Below are positions 28,121 through 37,710 of a DNA stretch of 64,000 bases, piece after piece; positions within the stretch are counted from its first letter, which is position 1; each line of letters starts with the position of its first letter. The notes beneath the pieces were generated by a model that saw only the letters and a list, made by a program, of their open reading frames with translations, had not been told where the DNA came from and did no database searches. The translations under genes were made by a program, and so were the position numbers. This DNA comes from an uncultured bacterium (GTDB lineage Bacteria > Zhuqueibacterota > QNDG01 > DTFT01). The stretch lies in contig CAVTNR010000008.1 of NCBI GenBank assembly GCA_963736115.1, forward strand, positions 64,001 to 128,000, written 5' to 3'.

Positions 28121-29389
28121 ATGTCCCTTGAAGCGGACGCCCTGAAGTACCACGCCGAGCCGAAGCCCGGCAAGCTGGAAGTCGTATCGACCAAGCCCTG
28201 CGAGACCCAGGCCGACCTGTCCCTCGCGTACACGCCGGGCGTGGCCGTTCCGTGCCTGGAAATCGAGAAGAACCCGGCCGACGCGTTCCGGTACACCAAC
28301 CGGGGCAATCTCGTGGCCGTGATTTCCAACGGCACGGCCGTGCTCGGACTCGGCGACATCGGCGCGCTCGCGGGAAAGCCGGTCATGGAGGGCAAAGCCG
28401 TCCTGTTCAAGCGTTTCGCGGGCATCGACGTTTTTGACCTGGAGATCGACACGCGCGACCCGGAACTGGTCATCCAAACCGTGAAACTGCTCGAGCCGAC
28501 TTTCGGCGGCATCAATCTCGAGGACATCAAGGCCCCGGAATGCTTCGTCATCGAGGAGCGGCTCAAGGCCGAGATGAAGATACCGGTTTTCCACGACGAC
28601 CAGCACGGCACCGCGATCATCGCCGGCGCGGCGCTTCTGAATGCGCTGGAAATCGCAGGAAAGTCCCCGGCCGACGCGGCCGTGACGTTCAGCGGCTCGG
28701 GCGCGTCCGGCATCGCGGTGGCCAACATGTTCATCCGGCTGGGCGTGAAGCGGGAGCGCATCCTGTTCACGGACAGCAAGGGCGTGGTGTTCAAGGGCCG
28801 GACCGAGGGAATGAACAAATACAAGGCCGCCTTCAGCCGGGACACGCGGAAGCGCACGCTCGCGGAGGCCATGGAGGGCGCGGATGTGTTTGTGGGCGTT
28901 TCCGCGGCCGGTCTGGTGACGCCGGACATGGTCCGCTCCATGAATCGCAATCCCGTGGTCTTCGCCCTGGCCAACCCGGACCCGGAAATCCGGTATACGG
29001 AAGCCAAAGCGGCCAGGCCGGACGTGATCGTGGCCACGGGACGGTCCGACACTCCCAACCAGGTGAACAACGTACTCGGATTCCCGTTCATCTTCAGGGG
29101 CGCGCTGGACGTCCGGGCCACGGCCATCAACGAGGAAATGAAGGTCGCGGCGGTCCGCGCACTCGCGGCTTTGGCGAGGGAGCCCGTCCCTGAGTTGGTC
29201 TCCAAGGCTTACGGGGGGAGTCGGTTCTCGTTCGGACCCGACTACCTGATCCCGAAACCGTTCGATCCGCGCGTGCTTGTATGGGAGGCGTCCGCGGTCG
29301 CGGAAGCGGCCATGCGTTCCGGCGTGGCGCAGATCCCGGTGGACATGCAGGAATACCGAAAACGGCTGGGGAAGATGATCGGGGAGTAA
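28121..29389 (+). CDS. NAD(P)-dependent malic enzyme (MaeB-like, no PTA domain)
   Basis: [50 protein letters not shown]. Confidence 0.93.
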   Translation: MSLEADALKYHAEPKPGKLEVVSTKPCETQADLSLAYTPGVAVPCLEIEKNPADAFRYTNRGNLVAVISNGTAVLGLGDIGALAGKPVMEGKAVLFKRFAGIDVFDLEIDTRDPELVIQTVKLLEPTFGGINLEDIKAPECFVIEERLKAEMKIPVFHDDQHGTAIIAGAALLNALEIAGKSPADAAVTFSGSGASGIAVANMFIRLGVKRERILFTDSKGVVFKGRTEGMNKYKAAFSRDTRKRTLAEAMEGADVFVGVSAAGLVTPDMVRSMNRNPVVFALANPDPEIRYTEAKAARPDVIVATGRSDTPNQVNNVLGFPFIFRGALDVRATAINEEMKVAAVRALAALAREPVPELVSKAYGGSRFSFGPDYLIPKPFDPRVLVWEASAVAEAAMRSGVAQIPVDMQEYRKRLGKMIGE

Positions 29390-29548
29390 GCGCATAGCGC
29401 ATAGCGCAGAGGGCACAGCGCAAAGGGCAAAGCGGAGTGTCGCCGTGAGTGGGCTTTGCCGGGGCGATCGCCCCTGAAGGGCCTTCGTGCGGTCATTCTG
29501 CGAGCCCGGAACCAAGAATCCGGAACTCGTAACCCGGAGCCCGGAGCG
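29390..29548 (+). repeat. Degenerate heptamer arrays (GCGCATA-type and CCCGGAA-type)
   Basis: gcgcata gcgcata gcgcaga gggcaca gcgcaaa gggcaaa; cccggaa ccaagaa tccggaa ctcgtaa cccggag cccggag. Confidence 0.7.
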
Positions 29549-29683
29549 AATCGCGCGGCTATGATCGATACGCTTGATTCCCATCCCGCCCTGGATTCCC
29601 GCTGAAAGATCGCGGGAATGACACCACCCCGGGACCCGGGATGCGAAACTTCTGTTTGCATGAACCACGAACCCAGAGCGGCA

Positions 29684-30964
29684 ATGATCTTCGAATATCT
29701 ATACAACAATAACACGCTTTCCGTGAAGGTGGACGACTGCCGCGTGGCGGGCGTGCTGTCTCCGGCCTCGGTGTCCGCGGGAGACGCCCGGTCGATACTC
29801 CGCGAGGCGCTGAAGCATCCCGCAGGCGCCCCCGCGCTGACCGATTTCCTGTCCGGTTCGCTGAACCCGCTGTGCATCGTCAATGACGCGTCCAGGCCCT
29901 CGCCCGTCCCGGCCGTGCTGGGCGCCGCGCCGGAGATTGCCGGGCATCCGAATATGCGGTTTCTCGTCGCGACCGGAACGCATCCGGCGCCGGATGAAGC
30001 CGGGCTGGCCGCGATTTTCGGCCCCCACCTGGACGAAGTCCGCGGCCGCATACGGATTCACGACTGCCGGAAGGACGATGAACTGATCCATATCGGCCGA
30101 ACTCCGGCCGGCACGGAGGTCCGGATCAACCGCGCTGTCGCGGAAGCGGACCGCCTGATCGTGATCGGCGCGGTTGAGCCGCATTATTTCGCGGGTTTCA
30201 CGGGCGGCCGCAAATCCTTTCTGCCGGGATGCGCGGCCTATTCCACGGTCGAGCAGAACCACAGGTTCGCTTTGGATCCGGGTTCGGCCGTACTGGCGCT
30301 GGAGGGGAATCCGGTGCACGAGGACATGGAGGCCGCGGCCGCCCTGATTCCCGGGGAGCGCGTTTTCTCCATACAGGCCGTTTTTGACGGCGAGGACCGC
30401 ATCTGCGCGGCTGAGGCCGGAAGCCTGAGTGCGTCTTTCCGACGCGCCGTCCGAACCGCCGAAACCGTATACGGCGTGCCGGTCCCAGGCCATGCCCCTG
30501 CGGGCATCGTGGTCGCAGTCGTTTCCCCGCCTCTGGACGCGGATCTCTACCAGGCGCACAAGGCGCTCGAAAACGCGAAAGCCGCGCTCCGGCCGGGCGG
30601 CGTCTTCATCCTGGTCGCTTCCTGCAAGAACGGCCTCGGAAACGACGCCTTCGTCCGCCTGCTCCGGTCAGGGAAAGATCCTGAGTCCGTGATCGAAGCG
30701 GTCCGGAAGGAATACAGGCTCGGACATCACAAGTCCGCCAAAATCGCCGAATTCGCGGGCCATTCGCGGCTCTGGGCCGTGACGCGCCTCGATCCCGGCG
30801 TTCTCGAATCGATTTTCATCCGCCCCTTCGGTGATCTGCAGGCCGCGCTCGACGCGGCGTTCCGCGGAGAACCCGAGACTCGGGCGCTGTTCGTCCGATC
30901 GGCGGGGACGGTGGTTCCGGTCTTACGGAACGCCGATCCCGGCGGCCGCCGGGCCGAATATTAA
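29684..30964 (+). CDS. larA: Nickel-pincer lactate racemase family protein
   Basis: VNDASRP, ATGTH, EPHYFAGFTGGRKS, DLYQAHKAL. Confidence 0.88.
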   Translation: MIFEYLYNNNTLSVKVDDCRVAGVLSPASVSAGDARSILREALKHPAGAPALTDFLSGSLNPLCIVNDASRPSPVPAVLGAAPEIAGHPNMRFLVATGTHPAPDEAGLAAIFGPHLDEVRGRIRIHDCRKDDELIHIGRTPAGTEVRINRAVAEADRLIVIGAVEPHYFAGFTGGRKSFLPGCAAYSTVEQNHRFALDPGSAVLALEGNPVHEDMEAAAALIPGERVFSIQAVFDGEDRICAAEAGSLSASFRRAVRTAETVYGVPVPGHAPAGIVVAVVSPPLDADLYQAHKALENAKAALRPGGVFILVASCKNGLGNDAFVRLLRSGKDPESVIEAVRKEYRLGHHKSAKIAEFAGHSRLWAVTRLDPGVLESIFIRPFGDLQAALDAAFRGEPETRALFVRSAGTVVPVLRNADPGGRRAEY

Positions 30965-30977
30965 TCCGGGGAAGTTC

Positions 30978-32243
30978 ATGAAAATTCTCATCAACAACTG
31001 CGGCAGTTCGTCCGTGAAATTCCAGCTTCTGGACATGTCGAACGAGACGCTGCTCGCCAAGGGACTGATCGAGCGCATCGGATCGAGCGATGCCATCATC
31101 CATTACCAGGGCGGAGACGCCCCGAAACTCCGTGAAGTCCGCGAGGTGCTCGACCACGAGGACGCCATGGAGATCGTGCTTCACCTGCTGATGCACCCCC
31201 AGAACGGCGTGATCCGCAGGCGCGAGGAGATCGTCGGCATCGGGCACCGGGTGGTCCACGGCGGGGAGGCTTTCGTCGATTCGGTCCGCATCGACGAACC
31301 CGTCAGGGCGGCCATCGAGAAGTGCATCCAGTTCGCGCCCCTGCACAATCCGGCCAATCTCAAGGGTATTCAGGCCTGCGAACGCCTGCTGGCCGGCGTG
31401 CCCCAGGTCGCGGTGTTCGACACGGCTTTCCACCACAGCATCCCGCCGCAAGCCTATATTTATGGTCTCCCCTACGCCCTTTACAAGAAGCACGGCATCC
31501 GTCGCTACGGCTTTCATGGCACGTCGCACCGGTACGTGGCGTCCCAGGCCGCCGAGATTCTGGGAAAACCCTCAGAGGCCGTGAACGTGATCACCTGCCA
31601 CCTCGGGAACGGAGCCAGCATCACAGCGGTCCAGGGCGGAAAATCCGTGGATACATCCATGGGCTTCACGCCCCTGGAGGGTCTGATCATGGGCACCCGG
31701 TGCGGAGACATCGATCCCGCGATCATTCCCTACCTGATGGAGCGGGAGAATCTCACGCCCAAGCAGATCGACACCCTGCTCAACAAGAATTCGGGCATGC
31801 TCGGCCTGACGGGAACGTCGAACGACATGCGTGAAATCCTCGCGGATGCGGCGGCCGGCAGCGAACAGCACAAGCTGGCCATCGATGTGTACTGTTACCG
31901 GGTCCGGAAGTATGTGGGCGCCTACCTGGCGGTGCTGGGGCGCATTGATGCCGTCGTGTTCACCGGCGGTGTAGGAGAGAACGCGGCGCCGATTCGTGCG
32001 CAATCGCTCCACGGGCTCGAACACCTGGGGATCGGTGTGGATCCGGAAAAGAACCGGTCGCATCAGACCCGCATCGAATCCGGCCGCGTTGCCGTGCTGG
32101 TCATCCCGACGAACGAGGAACTTGCCATCGGCCGCGACACGGCCCGCCTTCTCTCCGGGGAGGGAAAGCCGGCCGGAGCCGCGGCCGCGGGACGGAAGCC
32201 GGCGGCGAAGGCGAAAAAGCATCCGAAGACCGGGAAGGGCTGA
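30978..32243 (+). CDS. ackA: Acetate kinase
   Basis: NCGSSSVKFQL, GHRVVHGG, APLHNP, FDTAFH, YGFHGTSH, TSMGFTPLEG, IPTNEE. Confidence 0.96.
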   Translation: MKILINNCGSSSVKFQLLDMSNETLLAKGLIERIGSSDAIIHYQGGDAPKLREVREVLDHEDAMEIVLHLLMHPQNGVIRRREEIVGIGHRVVHGGEAFVDSVRIDEPVRAAIEKCIQFAPLHNPANLKGIQACERLLAGVPQVAVFDTAFHHSIPPQAYIYGLPYALYKKHGIRRYGFHGTSHRYVASQAAEILGKPSEAVNVITCHLGNGASITAVQGGKSVDTSMGFTPLEGLIMGTRCGDIDPAIIPYLMERENLTPKQIDTLLNKNSGMLGLTGTSNDMREILADAAAGSEQHKLAIDVYCYRVRKYVGAYLAVLGRIDAVVFTGGVGENAAPIRAQSLHGLEHLGIGVDPEKNRSHQTRIESGRVAVLVIPTNEELAIGRDTARLLSGEGKPAGAAAAGRKPAAKAKKHPKTGKG

Positions 32244-32276
32244 CGACTCTCCGGCACCCAACGAAAAGGATTGACC

Positions 32277-32774
32277 ATGATCAGAATCAACCGGGAAGAG
32301 GGGGGCTGGCTCATCGCCGTGAGCTGGCTTTCCGCCATCGAGGAAACGGCGCGCGACTTTCACGGCACCCGGCCCAAGGATTTCTGCGAACGGGTCTACG
32401 AGCATTCCGTCGCGCATTACCTGGGCCGGCTGGGCGACGAATACGGACTGCCGATCCCGCGGACGCATTCCATCCGGGAGACCGTGGAGCAGTACATCCG
32501 CATCGGCATCGCGGGCGGCCTGTTCCGGTCCGAAAGTGAATTCGAACTCTCGGACACGCATGCGAACCGGCTGGACATCACCGTCCACAACTGCGAATAT
32601 CTGAAGAGCTGCCAGACCCTGATCGACGAGGGATTCACGATCAAGGACCTCACCTGCGCCCGCATCGGCTGTTTCCGGGCCGCGGTGAAGGCGTTGGCCC
32701 ACATCGACTGCGACTATCAGGTCCGGTCGTTCAACCTGGACGGCGACTGCCAGGGCACGATTGAACGCGTTTAA
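32277..32774 (+). CDS. Hypothetical Cys-containing protein, possibly V4R-like
   Basis: AAAGGA RBS; VHNCEY..C..TCARIGC..C..C pattern. Confidence 0.55.
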   Translation: MIRINREEGGWLIAVSWLSAIEETARDFHGTRPKDFCERVYEHSVAHYLGRLGDEYGLPIPRTHSIRETVEQYIRIGIAGGLFRSESEFELSDTHANRLDITVHNCEYLKSCQTLIDEGFTIKDLTCARIGCFRAAVKALAHIDCDYQVRSFNLDGDCQGTIERV

Positions 32775-33060
32775 TCGGGCGGCCAGAAGCCCAAGCTTCC
32801 GGGTGGTGTTATTTAGAATGATCGGAGTGCGGGCTTCTGGCCGCTCCGACGAGTCAAATTCGCCGTCGCTTCCCTTCAATAATTCAATAGGGATATTGAT
32901 TGGTCCCGTGAAGCCTTCAATAAAATTAATCCGTTGATTGGTCCCGCAACGCGGGACGGGGCGGCGGCGATAATCCAAATTTCTTGTGAACCCCCACCGT
33001 CCGGCAAAGCCGGACCAAGCAGCCAGATGCGATTGTATTGAAGGCTTGCGGTGGGGTCAC
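32774..33060 (+). repeat. Composite palindromic element, copy 2; three micro-element inserts, one nested
   Basis: Same long IR. Inserts at 32873-32960 (interrupted by 32914-32956) and 33000-33044. Confidence 0.85.
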
Positions 33061-33079
33061 CTAACGCCGGAGAACGGTC

Positions 33080-34936
33080 GTGAACACCCAACTCAAGAAA
33101 CTGCTCCGGCAGGCCCGCGAGGACGCGGAGCCCACGGCCCGTCGCGAGGCCATTCTCGCGATCGGGCGCGAACGGGATCCCGCGGCCTTTCGCGCGCTGT
33201 CGGAATTCCTGAAGGACCCCTCGCCGGACATCCAGCGCGCGGCCGTGACCGGTCTCGGCCGGCAGGGAAATGCCGCGGCCGTCCCGCTGCTGGCCGGCCC
33301 GCGCATCATGCGTTCGGCCTCGACGGACGTGCGCTGGGCGGCTGTGTCCGCCCTGGGCCGCATCGGCGGACTGGACGCCGTGGAGCCCCTGGTACGAGCC
33401 GGCCGGGACGAGGAGTGGGTCGTCCGGAACCAGGCTGTCAACGACCTTCGCCGCATCCTCGCGGAAGCGGCCGCGGTCCCGGACACCCGGACCCTGAGCC
33501 TGCTCACCGTCCTGCTGGACGCCGACCGGCCCGAGATCGCCGAAATCGTTCTGGACGCGGTCGAAGCCGCGGGCGGCCGGATGCTGGATCCCATTCTCCG
33601 CGCGCTTCCGCATCACCGGTCCTCGCCGGTCTGGCGCGCCAACGCGGCGGCCGCGCTCGGTCGCATCGGAAATCCCGTCGCGGTGCCGTTTCTCGTCCGC
33701 CTGCTCGGGGACACGGACGGCCGCGTTCGGCGGAACGCGGTCGAGGCGCTCGGGCGGACCGGGGACGGCCGCGCGGCGGGCGCCGTGCTGGCGGCCCTGG
33801 AGGACATTCAGAGCGAGGTGCAGCGCGAGGCCGTCTGGGCCCTGACCCGCTTCGGCAGCCGCGGCACCGATCCCATTCATCATGCGCTCCGGCACAGTCG
33901 CAACAAGTACGTCCTGCGCGCCATGATCGCGACGCTCGGCGAAATCGGGGACGTCCGGTCCATTCCGGAAATCGTACCCTGCCTCGGCAGCACGTATTTC
34001 GTCGTGCGCGCCGCGGCCGTCAAGGCGCTGGTGAAATTCGGGGAGAAGGCCATACCGGGCCTCGTGTCCGTGCTCTCGTTCAACGGTTCGGACGTCAGAC
34101 CGCTGTTGGCCGACGCCGCGAAGGCGCTGAACCGAAGGTCCGGACGGTGCCTCCCGCCGGAATGCCGCAGGGCGGTACGCGCCCTGGCCGCGCTCGAGGA
34201 CCACCGCGCGGTCGCACTGATGAAGCGGATCGCGGCGGAGTGCGGTCCGGAGATCGCGGAAGAGGCTGAACAGGCACTGTTCCGGATCGGCACGGCCGCC
34301 TGGCAGAGGTGCTCGGCGCTCGTCTGCCTCAGGGAAATCGGGCCCCCGGCGGCGCTGAAACACGTCATCCGTTCGCTCGAAGACCCCTCCGCCAACGTCC
34401 GTCTCGAAGCGGTCCGCGCCCTGGGCCGCCTGCCGGGCGCCGGACGCGCCGTCAGGCTGTTGGCCGTTGCCGTGGCCGATCCGGATCCCTATCTCCGCGC
34501 CGAGGCGCTCGAGGTGCTGCGGCAGACCGGAGAAACCGGGCCGGACATGGCCGCATCCGCCATCCGCTGTCTCGGGGACACGGATCCGGACGTGCGCGCC
34601 GAAGCCGCGGGACTCCTGGGGAATCTCCGCGACAAGCGGGCCATTTTTCCGCTGCTCCGCCTGACAGGAGACCGGCATTGGAACGTTCAGGAGAGCGCTG
34701 AGAACGCGCTCCATAATTTCGGGAGGGAAGGGCTTCCGGCGCTTCGCCGGGGTCTGAATGACCGTTCGGCCCGGGTCCGTTTCCGTTCCTGCCGGCTGGC
34801 GGGCGAAGTCGCGGACAGGCGGTTTCTGCCCCTTCTCGACCGCATGGCGAAGCGGAAGGACGGGGACGCGGGGGCCGCGAAAGCCGCGGCCGGGGCAGCC
34901 GCCCGGATACGCGAACGCGCGGCGTCCGCAAAATGA
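33080..34936 (+). CDS. HEAT/PBS-lyase repeat protein
   Basis: Repeated L.D....VR..A..ALG.IG units along the whole length. Confidence 0.88.
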   Translation: MNTQLKKLLRQAREDAEPTARREAILAIGRERDPAAFRALSEFLKDPSPDIQRAAVTGLGRQGNAAAVPLLAGPRIMRSASTDVRWAAVSALGRIGGLDAVEPLVRAGRDEEWVVRNQAVNDLRRILAEAAAVPDTRTLSLLTVLLDADRPEIAEIVLDAVEAAGGRMLDPILRALPHHRSSPVWRANAAAALGRIGNPVAVPFLVRLLGDTDGRVRRNAVEALGRTGDGRAAGAVLAALEDIQSEVQREAVWALTRFGSRGTDPIHHALRHSRNKYVLRAMIATLGEIGDVRSIPEIVPCLGSTYFVVRAAAVKALVKFGEKAIPGLVSVLSFNGSDVRPLLADAAKALNRRSGRCLPPECRRAVRALAALEDHRAVALMKRIAAECGPEIAEEAEQALFRIGTAAWQRCSALVCLREIGPPAALKHVIRSLEDPSANVRLEAVRALGRLPGAGRAVRLLAVAVADPDPYLRAEALEVLRQTGETGPDMAASAIRCLGDTDPDVRAEAAGLLGNLRDKRAIFPLLRLTGDRHWNVQESAENALHNFGREGLPALRRGLNDRSARVRFRSCRLAGEVADRRFLPLLDRMAKRKDGDAGAAKAAAGAAARIRERAASAK

Positions 34937-34994
34937 GAGCCATCGATTCGAATGCATGCGTTTTCGATTATCATTTAAAGTGAAGGAGAAGAAG

Positions 34995-36131
34995 ATGAAC
35001 CGAATCATGAGAACCCTGCTGTTGTGCGGCCTGGTTGCGACGGTGTTCGTGGTCCAGGGATGCGGACAAAAGGCAAAGCCGGGCGTGGTGCAATCGGCAT
35101 TCGGCGTGATGCCCGACGGCCGGGCCGTGGATCTGTTCACGCTGACGAACGGGAGCGGCATGGAGGCGAAGATCACGAATTACGGCTGCATCGTCACCCA
35201 TCTGACCGTACCGGACCGGAACGGAAAGCCCGGGGACGTGGTTCTGGGTTACGACAGCCTGTCCTCCTACCTGGCGGTGAATCCGTATTTCGGATGCGTC
35301 GCCGGGCGCTACGCCAACCGCATCGCGAAGGCGCAATTCAAACTCGACGGCAGGACGGTCCGGGTCACGCGCAATGACGGGCCCAACCACCTGCACGGCG
35401 GAAAGACCGGGTTCGACAAGGTGCTCTGGACCGCGGAACCCTCCGATTCGTCCGCGGCGCTGAAGCTGACGGTCACGGCCGCCGACGGGGAGGAAGGGTA
35501 TCCCGGGAACCTGACCGCGGTTGTGACCTACACCCTGACCGACGACAACGCGCTCCGCATCGATTACGAGGCCGTGACGGATAAACCGACCGTGGTCAAC
35601 CTGACCCAGCATTCCTATTTCAATCTGTCCGCCGATCCTTCGACGGACGCGCTGGATCACACGCTTCTCATACTGGCGGACCGGTTCACGCCCGTGGACC
35701 GGACCCTCATTCCGACCGGCGAACTCAAGTCCGTGGACGGCACGCCCTTTGATTTCCGCACACCGGTCGCGGTCGGGGCACGCATCGGCGCGGAAGACGA
35801 ACAGCTCAGGCGGGGCCTGGGATACGACCACAACTGGGTGCTGAACGGCTGGGACGGGTCGCTTCAGACCGTCGCTGAACTCGCCGATTCGGTTTCCGGA
35901 CGGACGATGGAAGTGCTGACCACGGAGCCCGGAATCCAGTTTTATTCCGGCAATTTCCTGGACGGGACGATTACGGGCAAGGGCGGTGTCGTGTACAACC
36001 GCAGGTCCGGGCTCTGCCTGGAAACCCAGCATTATCCGGATTCGCCGAACAAGCCGAAATTCCCTTCCACGGTGCTCCGGCCCGGGGAAACGTACAAGTC
36101 GACCACGGTGTATCGGTTTTCGGCGAAATAG
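34995..36131 (+). CDS. galM: Aldose 1-epimerase (galactose mutarotase), lipoprotein
   Basis: GRYANRI, NHLHGG, HSYFNL, GYDHN, CLETQHYPD; lipobox VQGC. Confidence 0.93.
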   Translation: MNRIMRTLLLCGLVATVFVVQGCGQKAKPGVVQSAFGVMPDGRAVDLFTLTNGSGMEAKITNYGCIVTHLTVPDRNGKPGDVVLGYDSLSSYLAVNPYFGCVAGRYANRIAKAQFKLDGRTVRVTRNDGPNHLHGGKTGFDKVLWTAEPSDSSAALKLTVTAADGEEGYPGNLTAVVTYTLTDDNALRIDYEAVTDKPTVVNLTQHSYFNLSADPSTDALDHTLLILADRFTPVDRTLIPTGELKSVDGTPFDFRTPVAVGARIGAEDEQLRRGLGYDHNWVLNGWDGSLQTVAELADSVSGRTMEVLTTEPGIQFYSGNFLDGTITGKGGVVYNRRSGLCLETQHYPDSPNKPKFPSTVLRPGETYKSTTVYRFSAK

Positions 36132-36246
36132 GATAAACAGCTGAGGGTTTCAATCGGGGTTCGGTAAAGCCGGATACGGAATTCACCCTTCAGGGTTTCA
36201 TCCTGGAAAACCTCCCGCGGTGGATTGAGAAACCGCGGGAGGTTCC

Positions 36247-36542
36247 ATCGGGCGGCCAGAAGCCTGTTCATTCTGGTTCCAATTTTACTGGATGATCGGA
36301 GATTGGGCTTCTGGCCGCTCCGACGGGTCTGATTCTCCGGCCCCGCGATGCGGGATCAAGCTACAGATGCCGGCTATTGAAGACTTCGCCGGACCAAGCA
36401 ATGAGATTGATTCATTAATGAAGGCCCGCCGCTTGCCTTCAATATGATAAAAAATTATAATAGCTTGGTCCCGCGCAACGGGACGGCGTCCATCATCCAA
36501 GTTTCTTGTGATACCCCGCTGCTTGCGGCGGGGTCTTTCATT
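36247..36542 (+). repeat. Composite palindromic element, copy 3; three micro-element inserts, one nested
   Basis: Inserts at 36337-36424 (interrupted by 36341-36383) and 36436-36483; ends GATACCCCGCTGCTTGCGGCGGGGTCTTTCATT. Confidence 0.88.
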
Positions 36543-36687
36543 GTGAAAAGCCGGAGAAACAGAAGGCATCCCCGTCAGGCCGGGGCAAGGGGGGATGCGT
36601 TTCGAGAATGAAACCGCGTTTGCTCCGGACAGCCGGAATGCGCCGGTTCAGCAGAAAGTGTCATTACCTATCCGAAGGGAGTCCGTC

Positions 36688-37602
36688 ATGAACCGTGACC
36701 CGAAGACGGGTTTTCAGCGGGTCAGAGGGTTGTTTTCATGGGCCAGGCAGTCCGTTTTCCGCCTCATCCCCCGGCCGGTCAAGAACATCCTGAAGGGCTT
36801 TTTGCTCCGGCTGGCCGATGCAGGCCAGCGGCGGCGGCGGCGCGTTCTATTCGGTGAAAAGGCCCGTTTCGTCGCGCCTCTCTGGATCATCAACGACGGC
36901 CCGCGCGATTACGGTATATTCCGGCGGAATGGGGATGAGTTTTTCAATATTTTCACCGGGCAATGCGGGTTGAAAAATACGGACCGGATATTCGACATCG
37001 GATGCGGCGCTGGCCGGAAAACCATCCCCCTTCTTGATTTCGTGGATCCAGGCTCCGGCGGGTACGACGGACTCGACGTATACCAGCCCCATGTCGACTG
37101 GTGCAGGAAAACCATGCAGGCCGAGTATCCCCATTTCCGTTTTCATTTCAAGGATATCTGGAGCAAGCTGTACAATCCAACCGGCAGGCTGAAAGCGGCA
37201 GAGGTCCGGTTCCCCTTTTCGGACGCGTCGTTCGATTTTATCATCATGGGATCGGTGTTCACCCACCTGTTCATGGACGACACCGCCCATTACATTTCCG
37301 AGATCGGACGGGTCACGCGGCGCGGGGCCAGGGGGATGGTTTCATTTTTTCTGCTGAATCCCGAATCCGAGAAACTGATCGGGGAAGGGCGGTCCGAGGT
37401 GAACCTGGTCCATGATGACGGATCCGGATGCAAAGCGGACAATGCCGAGCGGTATGAGAGCGCGGTCGGGCACGACGAACGGAAGATCCGGACACTGTTC
37501 GCCGCCCAGGGGTTTGACGCGCGCCCGTTTTACGGGTCCTGGTGCGGCCGGAAGGATTTTCTCAGTTATCAGGACGTGGTCCGGATTGAAAAGGTCCGGT
37601 GA
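36688..37602 (+). CDS. Class I SAM-dependent methyltransferase
   Basis: IFDIGCGAGR, YNPTG, FDF..GSVFTHL, GSWCGR..SYQD. Confidence 0.85.
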   Translation: MNRDPKTGFQRVRGLFSWARQSVFRLIPRPVKNILKGFLLRLADAGQRRRRRVLFGEKARFVAPLWIINDGPRDYGIFRRNGDEFFNIFTGQCGLKNTDRIFDIGCGAGRKTIPLLDFVDPGSGGYDGLDVYQPHVDWCRKTMQAEYPHFRFHFKDIWSKLYNPTGRLKAAEVRFPFSDASFDFIIMGSVFTHLFMDDTAHYISEIGRVTRRGARGMVSFFLLNPESEKLIGEGRSEVNLVHDDGSGCKADNAERYESAVGHDERKIRTLFAAQGFDARPFYGSWCGRKDFLSYQDVVRIEKVR

Positions 37603-37710
37603 CATGAAAGGCGACGACTTCATCTTGAAATTCGTCCCTCTGCCGTTCGGCCGCTTCGGAGCCGCCGGGCTGAAGAATGGAACCATTCCATGCCGCATCA
37701 GGAGGATCTC

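Noticed and set aside
32873-36483. Micro-elements as a CRISPR or TIGR-like array (ATTGAAG end, variable core)
   Set aside because: Copies are dispersed, in both orientations and nested rather than tandem; cores are only 13-18 nt; no cas or Tas-like gene in the window.
36285-36569. Similar short ORFs at 36285-36569 and 62270-62536
   Set aside because: They are translations of the repeated palindromic element, not supported genes.
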